NCBI GenBank assembly: GCA_001782165.1
Contig: MFNV01000002.1
Span: 81,002-145,001 of the forward strand
Reading direction: 5' to 3'
DNA from: Candidatus Levybacteria bacterium RIFCSPHIGHO2_01_FULL_41_15
GTDB taxonomy: Bacteria > Patescibacteriota > Microgenomatia > Levybacterales > UBA12049
Length of the DNA stretch: 64,000 bases
The position numbers and the translations under genes were made by a program. Of this stretch, positions 1 to 7,806 are shown piece after piece. The notes below the pieces were generated by a model. It searched no databases and was not told the origin of the DNA. It was given only the letters and a program-made list of their open reading frames with translations. Each line of letters opens with the position of its first letter. The first letter of the stretch is position 1.

Positions 1-265
1 AAATCATATCGATAACCCACCTTTCTTCTTTTGTAATTAATTTCCCTTTTGAAATAAGAGAAATTACAAGAGTGGGTTGTGTTTTTTCCTTAAAACCAAC
101 CCTGACTAAAACAAACTTGCCGGAAGCAAGTTTAAAAAGTCTAACCAGTTCCTTTCCTTCAATGACCCAAGGTTGAAAAACATAATGAGTGAGAAAATAA
201 TCAAAATTATAAGGCTGAGATTTTTCAGGAATTGGAATTTTAAAAGTTTTTCTAACTAGCTTCAT
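1..265 (-). CDS. DNA-3-methyladenine glycosylase II (AlkA-like) family protein, N-terminal part; 3' end of gene lies outside window
   Basis: Reverse-strand ORF starting at ATG (rc of 263-265): MKLVRKTFKIPIPEKSQPYNFDYFLTHYVFQPWVIEGKELVRLF... resembles the N-terminal domain of AlkA/3-methyladenine-8-oxoG glycosylases. ORF runs off the window edge. Confidence 0.4.
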   Translation of the reverse strand, partial: MKLVRKTFKIPIPEKSQPYNFDYFLTHYVFQPWVIEGKELVRLFKLASGKFVLVRVGFKEKTQPTLVISLISKGKLITKEERWVIDMI

Positions 266-284
266 CTTCTTCTTTTTAAATACA

Positions 285-1292
285 TTATTCCTGGAGGGCG
301 CGGAAGATTATAGTAAGAACCGTTAGGAATGGGATGGAAAGAAGCGCTCCTAAGATTCCCAGCAAATTTCCTCCGATTAGGATTGCGGCAATTATAACAA
401 CAGGGTTAAGACCGACTGCGGCCTGCATGACCTTGGGAACCAAAATATTATTTTCAATCGCTTGTATTACTATGTAACCTGCTGCAACGGCTATTGCAAG
501 AGCCGGTGAAACCGTAAGGGCGACGATGATTGCCGGAATCGAAGATATAATAGGACCGATTGTAGGGATGATTTCCAAAAGACCGGCAAGAAATGCAAGA
601 GGAAGAGCGAATTTTATCCCGACCAAAGTTAAAAAAACCCAAGTAATAACTCCTATAAATAATGAAAGCACCAGTTGTCCTCTTACCCAATGACCCAGTT
701 TTAACTCGATTCTTTCAAAGACTTCCTGAGTCTTTTCCCTCTCCTCTTTCGGAAAAAGATTTACAATTAATTTTTCAAACCTGTCATGATACAAAAGCAA
801 ATAGAAGCTTACTACCAAGACAGTCAATACGGATAAAAACCCCCCGAAAACTTTGCCGGTAATAAAGATTATATTTTTGCCTAAGACTCCCAGAAATGAG
901 GAAATTGAATCGTTAATTACAGAATAGTCAATTCCTATTCCTATGGTTTTTGAAGCATTATGAAGAAGCTTCGGGAAGTTTACTGCAAGAGACTGAATTT
1001 GAGAAACAAAAAAAGGCAGGATAGGAAGAACTAGAAGAAGAATAAAGGCAAGAAGCAAAAGGTAAGTTATAGTTGCGGAAAGTGCGTGTGAAATATTTTT
1101 CTTTTTTAAAAATATGACTGCCGGCTGGAGAGATGTCATGAGGATATATGAAATAAAAAGAACAATCAAAATCTCTTTTATTCTAATCAAAAACCACCCC
1201 AGGACAATTAAAAAAAGGGCTGCAATAAATTGATTTCTTGATAAATAAGAAATAAAACCCTTCACAAACCTATTATAGCAAAATTCTAACAA
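285..1292 (-). CDS. AI-2E family transporter (UPF0118/PerM-like membrane protein)
   Basis: 335 aa polytopic membrane protein with the ...GQLVLSLFIGVITWVFLTLVGIKFALPLAFLAGLLEIIPTIGPIISSIPAIIVAL... block typical of PF01594. Confidence 0.65.
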   Translation of the reverse strand: MLEFCYNRFVKGFISYLSRNQFIAALFLIVLGWFLIRIKEILIVLFISYILMTSLQPAVIFLKKKNISHALSATITYLLLLAFILLLVLPILPFFVSQIQSLAVNFPKLLHNASKTIGIGIDYSVINDSISSFLGVLGKNIIFITGKVFGGFLSVLTVLVVSFYLLLYHDRFEKLIVNLFPKEEREKTQEVFERIELKLGHWVRGQLVLSLFIGVITWVFLTLVGIKFALPLAFLAGLLEIIPTIGPIISSIPAIIVALTVSPALAIAVAAGYIVIQAIENNILVPKVMQAAVGLNPVVIIAAILIGGNLLGILGALLSIPFLTVLTIIFRALQE

Positions 1293-1346
1293 GAAGTTTT
1301 TTGCTTTATTTTAAAATTTTGGTAAAATGTATTTGGTTTGTGCTTT

Positions 1347-1419
1347 GCGCCTGTAGCTCAACGGATAGAGCAGGTCGGTTCTAACGACAAGGTTGGGGGT
1401 TCGACTCCCTTCAGGCGCG
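1347..1419 (+). tRNA. tRNA-Arg(TCT)
   Basis: Cloverleaf GCGCCTG/TA/GCTC-AACGGAT-AGAGC/A/(G)GTCG-GTTCTAA-CGAC/AAGGTT/GGGGG-TTCGACT-CCCTT/CAGGCGC/G. Anticodon loop GTTCTAA gives UCU. CCA not encoded. Confidence 0.85.
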
Positions 1420-1521
1420 CACTAGAATTTAGAGTTCATAGTTTATAATTCAGAATTTAGACCTAATTTTATTAATTTTTTTAATTTTGAATTTTGAATT
1501 CTAGATTTTAAACTTAACATC

Positions 1522-2193
1522 ATGTTTCCGATCTCCGATGAAATAAAAGCAAGAAGATTCCCGTTTTTAAATATCCTTTTCATTGCGGTAACCGTTTATG
1601 TTTTTTTTCAGCAGATTACTTCTCCCCTCCCCGATTTTTTGATAGAAAAATATGCTCTTATCCCTTCTCTGGTAAACTTTTCCGATTTCGCAACTCTTAC
1701 ACCTTTCGTAACTGCAATATTTTTACACGGAGGATTTCTTCATATAGTTTCAAATATGTGGTTCCTTTGGGTATTTGGAGATAATGTGGAAGGTTATACG
1801 GGATTTTTCTTTTATCCTCTGGTTTATTTTGTCTCGGGAATCGCCGGGAATTTCGCCCAGTATATTTTTATGCCCGACTCCACGATCCCCATGCTTGGTG
1901 CATCAGGAGCAATAGCGGGTGTTTTGGGCGCGTATTATGTGCTTTTTCCGCATTCTCAAATACGGACTTTCATCCCTGTATTTGGGTTTCCTGCAATAAT
2001 AAATGTATCGGCAGGTTTTATGCTCGGATACTGGTTTATTCTCCAAATTATTTCAGGGGCAGGCTCTATAGGAGTTTCTTCTGATACTGGAGGAATTGCA
2101 TTCTGGGCGCACGTGGGAGGATTTTTGATGGGAGTTATATTTGGACTAATGTTTAGGAAGAAAGTTAAGGAAGAGATAAAATACAAAACTTGA
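1522..2193 (+). CDS. rhomboid family intramembrane serine protease
   Basis: GASGAIAGVLGAYYV (GxSG catalytic Ser) and AHVGGFLMGVIFG (catalytic His in TM6), about 6 TM segments, 223 aa. Confidence 0.85.
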   Translation: MFPISDEIKARRFPFLNILFIAVTVYVFFQQITSPLPDFLIEKYALIPSLVNFSDFATLTPFVTAIFLHGGFLHIVSNMWFLWVFGDNVEGYTGFFFYPLVYFVSGIAGNFAQYIFMPDSTIPMLGASGAIAGVLGAYYVLFPHSQIRTFIPVFGFPAIINVSAGFMLGYWFILQIISGAGSIGVSSDTGGIAFWAHVGGFLMGVIFGLMFRKKVKEEIKYKT

Positions 2194-2250
2194 CATTTTT
2201 AAATTAGTTATTGATTTTTATAAACTTAGTGGTACAATAAGCTGATTAAA

Positions 2251-2679
2251 ATGGCAGCAGAATCAAAACCCGGAACTGCACCCTCCGAACAACCTCAGTC
2301 CCTAACTTTTGAGGAAAGAATTGCTCAGGAAGGCAGAAGTCTGATCAGGAATGTTGGAAAAGCAAGATGGAGTCAGGAGGGAAAATCGCGCATTCCAGGG
2401 CTTCGTTCTACAGTTATGGTCGGTCTTGATATGAATAATACTCCAGCCGGATATTACTGGCTTGTTGAAGGAGAAGGGCCAAATTTGGAAAATCGAATAG
2501 TTTATTTGGAGTATGCAGAAAATGAAAGATCGCCCTCAAGAATTGTCGCGAGCATAAGACCAGACCTTTCCTTAAGAGCTGTTTTATCGGGTTCGGAAAC
2601 CAAGCCAAGCCCCCGCCAGCTTAATCGTATAAATTTAGTAGTTAAACACATTTCAGCAAAATATAATTCACCCGATTAA
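2251..2679 (+). CDS. hypothetical protein (hydrophilic, Pro/Ser/Glu-rich; elevated GC relative to neighbours)
   Basis: Uninterrupted 142-codon ORF with no recognisable motif. Local GC by eye about 47-50% versus about 35-38% in flanks. Confidence 0.35.
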   Translation: MAAESKPGTAPSEQPQSLTFEERIAQEGRSLIRNVGKARWSQEGKSRIPGLRSTVMVGLDMNNTPAGYYWLVEGEGPNLENRIVYLEYAENERSPSRIVASIRPDLSLRAVLSGSETKPSPRQLNRINLVVKHISAKYNSPD

Positions 2680-2703
2680 CCCGCCCGTTTTTTTTCTCCA
2701 AAA

Positions 2704-2712
2704 TGCTATAAT
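2704..2712 (+). promoter_or_regulatory. extended -10 element (TGcTATAAT) upstream of tRNA-His
   Basis: aaaTGCTATAATaag located about 75 nt upstream of the tRNA-His 5' end. The leader between them contains a CCGCC...GGCGGACA GC-rich hairpin. Confidence 0.35.
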
Positions 2713-2785
2713 AAGAAAAATCTTACATGGTGGATGTAGCTCCGCCGACGCCAAGGCTTTGGCGGACAAGTCAACAGTAGTAAAT

Positions 2786-2862
2786 GGTGATCGTAGCTCA
2801 ATGGTTAGAGCACTAGGTTGTGGACCTAGCGGTTGCCGGTTCGAGTCCGGTCGGTCACCCCA
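2786..2862 (+). tRNA. tRNA-His(GTG) with encoded G-1 and CCA
   Basis: G(-1) + GTGATCG/TA/GCTC-AATGGTT-AGAGC/A/CTAGG-TTGTGGA-CCTAG/CGGTT/GCCGG-TTCGAGT-CCGGT/CGGTCAC/C-CCA. Anticodon GUG. The extra 5' G pairing with C73 is the His hallmark. Confidence 0.9.
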
Positions 2863-2901
2863 AAGATTCTATAGTTAAAATTAACCCCTCTGAAAAATAT
2901 G

Positions 2902-5154
2902 TCAATCAAAGTTTGTTCTTTTAAGAAGTAAGGAATTCAGGACAACTGAAATCGAGGATGTTGCCATTGCCAAAGATGCAAATATCGGATTAAGAAGAAT
3001 CCCAAAAAAGGGATACAAAGCACCCATAGCAACAGGAATTAAACTTATATTATAACCAAAAGCCCAGAATAGATTTAATTTTATTGTTCTCATGGTTTTT
3101 TTAGAAAGTTCAATTGCTTTTGCTACAGATCTTAAGTCTTTATTTACAAGCGTTATATCCGCCGCTTCAATTGCTACATCTGTCCCCGAGCCAATAGCAA
3201 TTCCCACATCTGATGCGGCAAGTGCGGGAGCATCGTTTATCCCGTCTCCTACCATTGCAACTGTCTTTCCCTCTTTTTGAATGTTCCTCACCTCTTTTTC
3301 TTTATCCTCCGGTAGAACTTCCGAGAGCACTCTTTTTATTCCGACTTTTTGAGCTATCGCACTTGCGGTTCTTTGATTGTCTCCTGTAATCATTACAACT
3401 TCAATGCCTCTTTTATAAAGTGCTTTGACTCCTTCTGATGCAGTTTCTTTCAGGGTATCAGCTACAGCAATAAGACCCTTTAGTTCCTTGTTAACGGCAA
3501 GTATCATAACTGTTTTTCCCCCATTTTCAAGCGCCTCTACTTTATCTTCCTGTCCTTTAATTGAGATATTTTCTTTTTCCATTAGTTTCCGATTGCCTAA
3601 AAGAATGTTTTGTCTTTCGATAGTTCCCCTTACGCCAAATCCCGGAATTGCCTTAAACTGTGAAACTTTTTCAAGTTTCATGTTTTGCTCCTCGCTCTTT
3701 TTTACGATTGCTTCGGCAAGCGAATGTTCTGACCCTTTTTCCAAAGATGCCGCAAGTTGCAGCACCGACCTAGCAGGTCCGAAGCCTTTGACCTGCGAAG
3801 TCGAAACAATGTCTGTCACTTCAGGCTTCCCTTTTGTAAGGGTTCCAGTCTTGTCAAAAATTACCGTATCTATCTTATGAGCTGTTTCAAGGCTTTTTGC
3901 ATCTTTTATAAGAATTCCGTTCTCCGCTCCTCTACCTGTCCCTACCATAATAGCTGTCGGAGTTGCCAAGCCCATGGCGCAAGGGCAGGCGATGATAAGA
4001 ACTGCGACAGTATTAAGCATTGCAAACAGAAATGAAGGTGTGGGTCCTAGGATATACCAGAGGGCAAACGTAATGATTGCGAGTATGATTACAATTGGAA
4101 CGAAATAAGAGGAAACCAAGTCTGCCAATCGTTGAATCGGAGCCTTAGATCCCTGAGCCTCCTCTACAAGTTTTATAATTTGCGAAAGCATAGTTTCCTG
4201 TCCTACCTTGGTGGCTTTATAAACAAAAGTTCCGGTTTTATTGATGGTTGAGCCAATCACAGTATCCCCTTTTGTTTTATCAGACGGGATACTTTCTCCT
4301 GTTACCATTGATTCATCAACTGAGGAATCACCTTCCAAAATTTCTCCATCAACCGGTATCTTCTCACCCGGTCTTACCCTGATAACATCACCTATAACTA
4401 CTTGTTCTATAGGAATATCTACTTCTTTTCCCTTTCTTAATACTCTTGCTGTTTTAGCTTGCAGCCCAATTAATTTTTTGATTGCTTCAGATGTGCCAGC
4501 TTTAGCTTTGGCTTCAAAGTATCTACCCAATAAAATTAAACCAATAATAATAGTTGCTACGTCAAAATAAGGAGCAGGTTCAACCCCTATGTTTTTAACA
4601 ACCTGCGGAAAGACAGTAACAAAGGCAGAATAGAAATAAGCAACGGTTGTACCTATGGTAACAAGAGTATCCATGTTGGCAGTTCTGTGTTTGAGGGCAG
4701 GAATCGTGGCTCTGTAAAATTCAAATCCTGCCCAAAATTGTACAGGCGTTGCAAGAAGAAGTTGAATCCAAAAATTTTTCAAAATCAAAGGAGCAGTTTC
4801 TATAAGGGCCGGAAAGCTTCCCCAAACTAAGAATGTGCCTATGATAAGGCTTAAGCTTACTTTGTTTCTTAATTTTCTGATTTCTCTTAGTTTTTCTTTT
4901 TTTTCTTCATCTTCTATTGCCTCTCCTTGGTTTAAAATAGCTTCATATCCTACACTTGCTACTGCTGAAGAAAACTCTCTGTCCCCTGCTTTGTTAGGAT
5001 TATAGGTAACGGTTGCCTTTTCAGTTGCAAGATTTACATTAGCATCACTCACTCCCTCAATTTTTTTAAATGTTTCCTCAAGTATCCGCACGCATGATGC
5101 GCAATGCATGCCCTTTATTAAAAAGCTCCGCTTGGTCAATTGGTTGTTTAACAT
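2902..5154 (-). CDS. copA: copper-translocating P1B-type ATPase
   Basis: N-terminal HMA domain GMHCASC, CPC motif ([11 protein letters not shown]), DKTGTLT phosphorylation site, [10 protein letters not shown] hinge. 750 aa. Confidence 0.95.
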   Translation of the reverse strand: MLNNQLTKRSFLIKGMHCASCVRILEETFKKIEGVSDANVNLATEKATVTYNPNKAGDREFSSAVASVGYEAILNQGEAIEDEEKKEKLREIRKLRNKVSLSLIIGTFLVWGSFPALIETAPLILKNFWIQLLLATPVQFWAGFEFYRATIPALKHRTANMDTLVTIGTTVAYFYSAFVTVFPQVVKNIGVEPAPYFDVATIIIGLILLGRYFEAKAKAGTSEAIKKLIGLQAKTARVLRKGKEVDIPIEQVVIGDVIRVRPGEKIPVDGEILEGDSSVDESMVTGESIPSDKTKGDTVIGSTINKTGTFVYKATKVGQETMLSQIIKLVEEAQGSKAPIQRLADLVSSYFVPIVIILAIITFALWYILGPTPSFLFAMLNTVAVLIIACPCAMGLATPTAIMVGTGRGAENGILIKDAKSLETAHKIDTVIFDKTGTLTKGKPEVTDIVSTSQVKGFGPARSVLQLAASLEKGSEHSLAEAIVKKSEEQNMKLEKVSQFKAIPGFGVRGTIERQNILLGNRKLMEKENISIKGQEDKVEALENGGKTVMILAVNKELKGLIAVADTLKETASEGVKALYKRGIEVVMITGDNQRTASAIAQKVGIKRVLSEVLPEDKEKEVRNIQKEGKTVAMVGDGINDAPALAASDVGIAIGSGTDVAIEAADITLVNKDLRSVAKAIELSKKTMRTIKLNLFWAFGYNISLIPVAMGALYPFFGILLNPIFASLAMATSSISVVLNSLLLKRTNFD

Positions 5155-5179
5155 ATTTGATTATCTGAGTAGCTAAGAA

Positions 5180-5545
5180 TTAACCACCAACAATAATTTT
5201 TCCATGAAACATATTCATTCCGCAGGAAAATTTAAATTCTCCTTTTTCTTTAGGATTAATCTCAACCGTCACTTTCTGATTTAAGGGCAGAAACTTTCTG
5301 ATATTAAAATCCGGCAGTACAACTTCCTCCAGACAACCTGAAGGGTCTTTTCTTAAAAAATTTATCTTTGTCTTTTTTCCTTTTGAAACTTCGATAACTT
5401 CTGGCGAGTAACCTCCGTCTATTGTAATATCAATACTATCTTCAGTTACTTTGATGACCTTATCTTTCTTCATCAAAAAAAACCAGAAGGTAAATAAAGC
5501 TCCAATCAAAGATGCAAAAGCTACGATAGTTTTGTCAATACCCAT
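5180..5545 (-). CDS. cupredoxin-like copper-binding protein (EfeO-type cupredoxin domain), membrane-anchored
   Basis: N-terminal TM helix, then a beta-rich domain ending FSCGMNMFHGKIIV (Cys...Met...His Cu site). Lies directly upstream of copA in the same orientation. Confidence 0.5.
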   Translation of the reverse strand: MGIDKTIVAFASLIGALFTFWFFLMKKDKVIKVTEDSIDITIDGGYSPEVIEVSKGKKTKINFLRKDPSGCLEEVVLPDFNIRKFLPLNQKVTVEINPKEKGEFKFSCGMNMFHGKIIVGG

Positions 5546-5549
5546 AATC

Positions 5550-5561
5550 CCCCCTAGGGGG
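5550..5561. promoter_or_regulatory. perfect 12-bp GC palindrome CCCCCTAGGGGG (candidate CsoR-type copper-responsive operator) overlapping the RBS region of the cupredoxin-copA operon
   Basis: aatCCCCCCTAGGGGGat lies 5-16 nt upstream of the cupredoxin start codon on the minus strand and about 120 nt upstream of dinB on the plus strand. C-tract/G-tract inverted repeats are characteristic of CsoR operators. Confidence 0.35.
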
Positions 5562-5679
5562 ATAGTAGCATGGAACCAGAGTTTCAGTCAAGAGGTACAA
5601 AAAAATTTAAACAATCTTGATGTCAAAAGTATCCTTTTGTCGTATTGTTTTTTTTCGTATTTTGTTCTACTTTTGTATT

Positions 5680-6969
5680 ATGAATCAGACCTGCCTTTCG
5701 GCGAGGCAAGTAATTCTTCATATCGACTTTGATTCGTTTTTTGCAAGCGTTGAACAGGAATATAATTCTAAGCTTCGGGGAAAACCCATAGGGGTCACGG
5801 CTACAAACGGAAGAACCTGTATTATTGCATCAAGCCGTGAGGCAAAAAAATTGGGAATTAAGACAGGAAGCAGATCCTATGATGCATTTAAAATCTGCCC
5901 TAGTTTAATTCTTGTTCCTGCTGATTTTGTCAAATACTTTGAGGTCTCTAAAAAGTTTCTTAGGATTTCCCAAGATTTTACTCCCTTTATTGAACTCTTT
6001 TCAATTGATGAAGTATTTATGGATATTACCCCTACCCTCCATTTATTTAATGATAATCCCCACAGAATTATTTTTGAAATTAAAAAAAGGATAAAAGAAG
6101 AAATTGGGGAATTTATAACGGTATCCGTTGGTATTTCTCATAATAGGCTTTTGGCCAAACTTGCCTCAGGCCTTAAAAAACCGGATGGAATATTTGAGAT
6201 TAATAAAGCAAATTTAGATAAAGTTTATAAAAATGCAAAACTTACAGACGTCTGCGGGATAGGTGAGCGAATCGCCGACAGATTAAATAAACTAGGGATA
6301 TATAATCTTTTGGATCTAAGGAATGAAAATATTCATATTCTGGAAAAGGAATTTGGGAAAGTTTATTCTAATGTTCTCAAGAACATTGGAATAGGTTTTG
6401 ACGATTCGCAAGTTGTTCCCTACACATTGGCACCAGATGTAAAATCTGTAGGAAGAAATTATTGTTTGCCTGCCAATGAATTTAATAAAAGAAAAATTCT
6501 ACAAAATACTTATGAACTGTGGGAAGAAGTCTGTATTAAGCTTCGAAGACTGAATAAAAAAGCAAGGACAATAGGATTTTCTTTGCGCGGAAATATCAAT
6601 ATTCATAAGAGAAAAACTTTTAATTTCCATTTTGATGATTCTAGGCAGATTTTTAATTTATTCAATTCTCTTTTTGATGAGGATAAAAATATATTTAATA
6701 AGAAGGGTTCTTATATTAGACAAATAAGCGTTTGGGTTTCCTCTTTGGAAGACGCGAAAAATCTGACCCTCCCGCTTTTTGATACAAATTATAAAAATAA
6801 TAAACTTTTATCTGCGGTTGATAAAATTAATGAACGTTTTGGGGATCATACAATTCGAAACGGCTTTCTCCTCTACTCCGATAAGCTTACGACAGTCCCC
6901 AACGGCTACATGGCAGATAAATACGAAAGGACCAAGCTCGCAAGGGAGTCAACTTTGGCTCCTGCATAA
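5680..6969 (+). CDS. dinB: DNA polymerase IV (Y-family translesion polymerase)
   Basis: ILHIDFDSFFASVEQ catalytic motif, then SIDEVFMDIT, VSVGISHNRLLAKLAS and a little-finger region. Start moved from the longest ORF (5617) to the in-frame ATG at 5680. Confidence 0.85.
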   Translation: MNQTCLSARQVILHIDFDSFFASVEQEYNSKLRGKPIGVTATNGRTCIIASSREAKKLGIKTGSRSYDAFKICPSLILVPADFVKYFEVSKKFLRISQDFTPFIELFSIDEVFMDITPTLHLFNDNPHRIIFEIKKRIKEEIGEFITVSVGISHNRLLAKLASGLKKPDGIFEINKANLDKVYKNAKLTDVCGIGERIADRLNKLGIYNLLDLRNENIHILEKEFGKVYSNVLKNIGIGFDDSQVVPYTLAPDVKSVGRNYCLPANEFNKRKILQNTYELWEEVCIKLRRLNKKARTIGFSLRGNINIHKRKTFNFHFDDSRQIFNLFNSLFDEDKNIFNKKGSYIRQISVWVSSLEDAKNLTLPLFDTNYKNNKLLSAVDKINERFGDHTIRNGFLLYSDKLTTVPNGYMADKYERTKLARESTLAPA

Positions 6970-7764
6970 AAAGTTCATCTCGGAGAGAACTTTTTCTTCC
7001 TGATCGGGGTTTAATCCCAAAATACTAATTTGGGATGGGTTCAGGCATATGTTTTTGCAAAGGACAATTCCATGAAGAAGAAGCATTTGCTTTTGGGAAG
7101 CAGTTAAGGATCTTATTGAGGTTATAGGATAAAGTTTTGCCTCCTCAACAAGTTCTCTTAGGCTTGCCTTTTCTGGATAATCCCAGCTTATTACCGTAAT
7201 TCCGCAGCAAAGTGAATATTTGAGAGCATCAGAGCTGACTTTGGTATTTGTGGTAATTAAGGCATGGTCAAAATGGTGCTGATATCTTAAGTCATCGAAT
7301 CTTGCTTTAGTATACAAAGCTACATGAACATCGGATTTTATTCCTGCTCCGTTGTGGAATTTTGCCTCTACCATAATTCGTTTTCCCCCTTTTTCTGCAA
7401 TTACATCTATCTCATGAGTGACGCATTTGCCCGCAAGAATTTGTCTTACTTTTGTTTCATATCCTTGAGTTTTTAGAATTTCAGAAATGTAATCCTCAAA
7501 CGGATAACCCGTAGGACCGAGCTCCATAATTCCCTTTTTTAAATTATATTTTGTTGCCAGAAACGGAGATGGTGAAGCATCAAGAAATTCGATTATATGG
7601 TCGTAGATTTCTCCTGTTGTTATATTTTCATACAATTTTGATTTAACATGGGTTAATACCTGTTCCTGAATATCATACGGAATTCCTGCTCTTTCAATTG
7701 AATTCAGAACCTTTTCTTCGGAAAACGGCTCCTTTTCCCCTGAGGCCTTGAGAACTGTAACCAT
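6949..7764 (-). CDS. ATP-cone domain fused to Mrr-like (PD-(D/E)xK) restriction endonuclease domain plus about 100-aa C-terminal region of unknown function
   Basis: N-terminus VLKASGEKEPFSEEKVLNSIERAG... (ATP-cone as in NrdR/RNR). Middle VTHEIDVIAEKGGKRIMVEAKFHN is the D-x(n)-E-x-K nuclease motif of Mrr_cat. Convergent with dinB and overlaps it by 21 bp. Confidence 0.55.
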   Translation of the reverse strand: MVTVLKASGEKEPFSEEKVLNSIERAGIPYDIQEQVLTHVKSKLYENITTGEIYDHIIEFLDASPSPFLATKYNLKKGIMELGPTGYPFEDYISEILKTQGYETKVRQILAGKCVTHEIDVIAEKGGKRIMVEAKFHNGAGIKSDVHVALYTKARFDDLRYQHHFDHALITTNTKVSSDALKYSLCCGITVISWDYPEKASLRELVEEAKLYPITSIRSLTASQKQMLLLHGIVLCKNICLNPSQISILGLNPDQEEKVLSEMNFLCRSQS

Positions 7765-7806
7765 ATTATTATCGTAGATGTTTTTGGAATAGTTTTACAA
7801 GAGGTG

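Noticed and set aside
454-862. Short ORFs (454-690 minus, 662-862 plus) and the many other 60-150-aa ORFs embedded in or antisense to large genes (for example 3092-4570 within copA, 7903-8178, 21397-23681 within uvrA, 47870-50919 within dnaE, 53014-53783 within atpA)
   Set aside because: All lie inside, and out of frame or antisense to, long ORFs with strong homology-based support. Their translations are low-complexity.
2230-2700. GC-rich island examined as possible RNase P RNA, tmRNA or SRP RNA
   Set aside because: No P4 consensus (AGGAAAGTCCGGGC / ACAGAANCCGGCTTA), no tmRNA tag-peptide or T-arm ending, and only a weak SRP-like CAGGAAGGCAGAAG. One uninterrupted 142-codon ORF spans it, so it is called as a hypothetical CDS.
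2729-2746. Partial copy of the tRNA-His 5' end (GGTGGATGTAGCTC) upstream of tRNA-His, considered as the 5' exon of a third interrupted tRNA
   Set aside because: No D-arm return strand, anticodon stem or matching 3' half could be found downstream of tRNA-His. Recorded only as a duplication in the leader.
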